Below are positions 63,190-64,000 of a stretch of 64,000 nt of DNA, one piece after another. The translations under genes and the position numbers were made by a program. The DNA comes from an uncultured Acidobacteriota bacterium (GTDB taxonomy: Bacteria > Acidobacteriota > Terriglobia > Acidiferrales > UBA7541), in contig CAWDNJ010000001.1 of the NCBI GenBank assembly GCA_963803635.1, forward strand, positions 344,668 through 408,667, written 5' to 3'. The notes beneath the pieces were generated by a model. It was given only the letters and a program-made list of their open reading frames with translations. It had not been told where the DNA came from and ran no database searches. Position 1 is the stretch's first letter; the number at the start of each line of letters is the position of its first letter.

Positions 63190-64000
63190 ATGCGGCAGCT
63201 TGAGATCAACGCGCTCGAGCGGGACGTCGAGACGCTCAGCGAGTTGACCGATCCTTCGGACGCGGGCGCGGCTGAGATCGAGCGCATCCGACAGGAAGTT
63301 GACGAGCTCAAGCGCGATTTCTACGCGCACCTCGATGCGTGGCAGAAACTGCAACTCGCGCGGCACCCGCAGCGTCCTTACACCGAAGATTTCATTCGGT
63401 TGCTCTTCGAGAACTTCAGCGAAATTCACGGCGACCGGCACTATGCGGACGATCCCGCCCTGCTGACCGGCATGGCGTGGTATCACGGCAAGCCGGTGAT
63501 GGTGATCGGAAGCCAAAAGGGCCGCGACACCAAGCAGCGGCTGGCGCGCAATTTCGGGCAAGCGAAGCCCGAGGGTTATCGCAAGGCGCTGCGCGCGATG
63601 CAGATGGCGGCGAAATTCGGGCGGCCGATAATGGTTTTCATCGATACGCCGGGAGCATATCCGGGCGTGGACGCGGAAGAGCGCGGACAGGCGGAGGCGA
63701 TTGCGCTGAACTTGCGTGAGATGTCGCGGATGGCGGTGCCGATCGTCGTGACGATTACGGGCGAGGGCGGCTCGGGCGGCGCATTGGCTACGGCCGTGGG
63801 CGACCGGATTTTCATGCTGGAAAATTCGGTCTATTCGGTGATTTCGCCCGAGGGATGCGCTTCGATCATGTGGCGCGACTCGACCAAGGCCGAGCTGGCC
63901 GCCGAAGCGCTGAAGATCACCGCAAGCGATCTGCTGGAGATGAAGCTGATCGACGATATCGTTCCCGAGCCGGAAGGAGGCGCGCACACCGATCACGCCG
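63190..64000 (+). CDS. accA: Acetyl-CoA carboxylase carboxyltransferase alpha subunit, 5-prime part (runs off the window end)
   Basis: Absent from the ORF track because there is no stop in the window. From the ATG at 63190 the product reads [16 protein letters not shown]...[14 protein letters not shown]...[62 protein letters not shown]...[10 protein letters not shown]. The frame is open back to the GTG at 63001. Confidence 0.9.
   Translation, partial: MRQLEINALERDVETLSELTDPSDAGAAEIERIRQEVDELKRDFYAHLDAWQKLQLARHPQRPYTEDFIRLLFENFSEIHGDRHYADDPALLTGMAWYHGKPVMVIGSQKGRDTKQRLARNFGQAKPEGYRKALRAMQMAAKFGRPIMVFIDTPGAYPGVDAEERGQAEAIALNLREMSRMAVPIVVTITGEGGSGGALATAVGDRIFMLENSVYSVISPEGCASIMWRDSTKAELAAEALKITASDLLEMKLIDDIVPEPEGGAHTDHA

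Overview
This is a high-GC bacterial chromosomal segment. Hand counts of sampled 60-nt lines give about 65-72% GC in housekeeping genes. Gene content points to Acidobacteriota (Terriglobia-like), which is an inference: paired TIGR03436-style VWA proteins, a PEP-CTERM protein, and several families of short REP-like intergenic elements. I support about 60 CDS. I saw no rRNA, tRNA, CRISPR array, transposase or prophage genes. The core genes are NAD-isocitrate dehydrogenase, ctaA/ctaB/DUF420 (heme a synthesis), mscL, kdsB, a TonB-like protein, an M61 peptidase, inositol-3-phosphate synthase, pdxS/pdxT with a MocR regulator, murJ, xerD, a CCA/poly(A)-polymerase-family enzyme, ybeY, a CNNM/CBS protein, lpxD, a TMEM175 channel, a truncated globin, an acyl-CoA dehydrogenase, hemH, dnaE and the 5-prime part of accA. 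Three places deserve a second look. (1) A translationally coupled operon at 3989-6382 encodes an OM barrel, a monoheme cytochrome c, a stand-alone cupredoxin with CuA-site spacing, and a small anchored protein. (2) A lower-GC, REP-bracketed pair at 12654-15018 encodes an orphan HigA2-like HTH and a 645-aa TIR-like/DUF4062-like + TPR + unknown C-terminal domain protein. (3) A lower-GC, REP-bracketed single gene at 54044-55480 has an unrecognised 330-aa N-terminal region fused to a PD-(D/E)xK (Mrr-cat-like) nuclease core. Other observations are a probable frameshift in a cupin gene, a candidate PdxR arrangement, several unusual repeat proteins, and two small or partial genes missing from the ORF track (SYLF partial, DUF3309). 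All family assignments come from motif recognition by eye. No searches were run. Start codons were picked by inspecting Shine-Dalgarno-like sequences and signal peptides.
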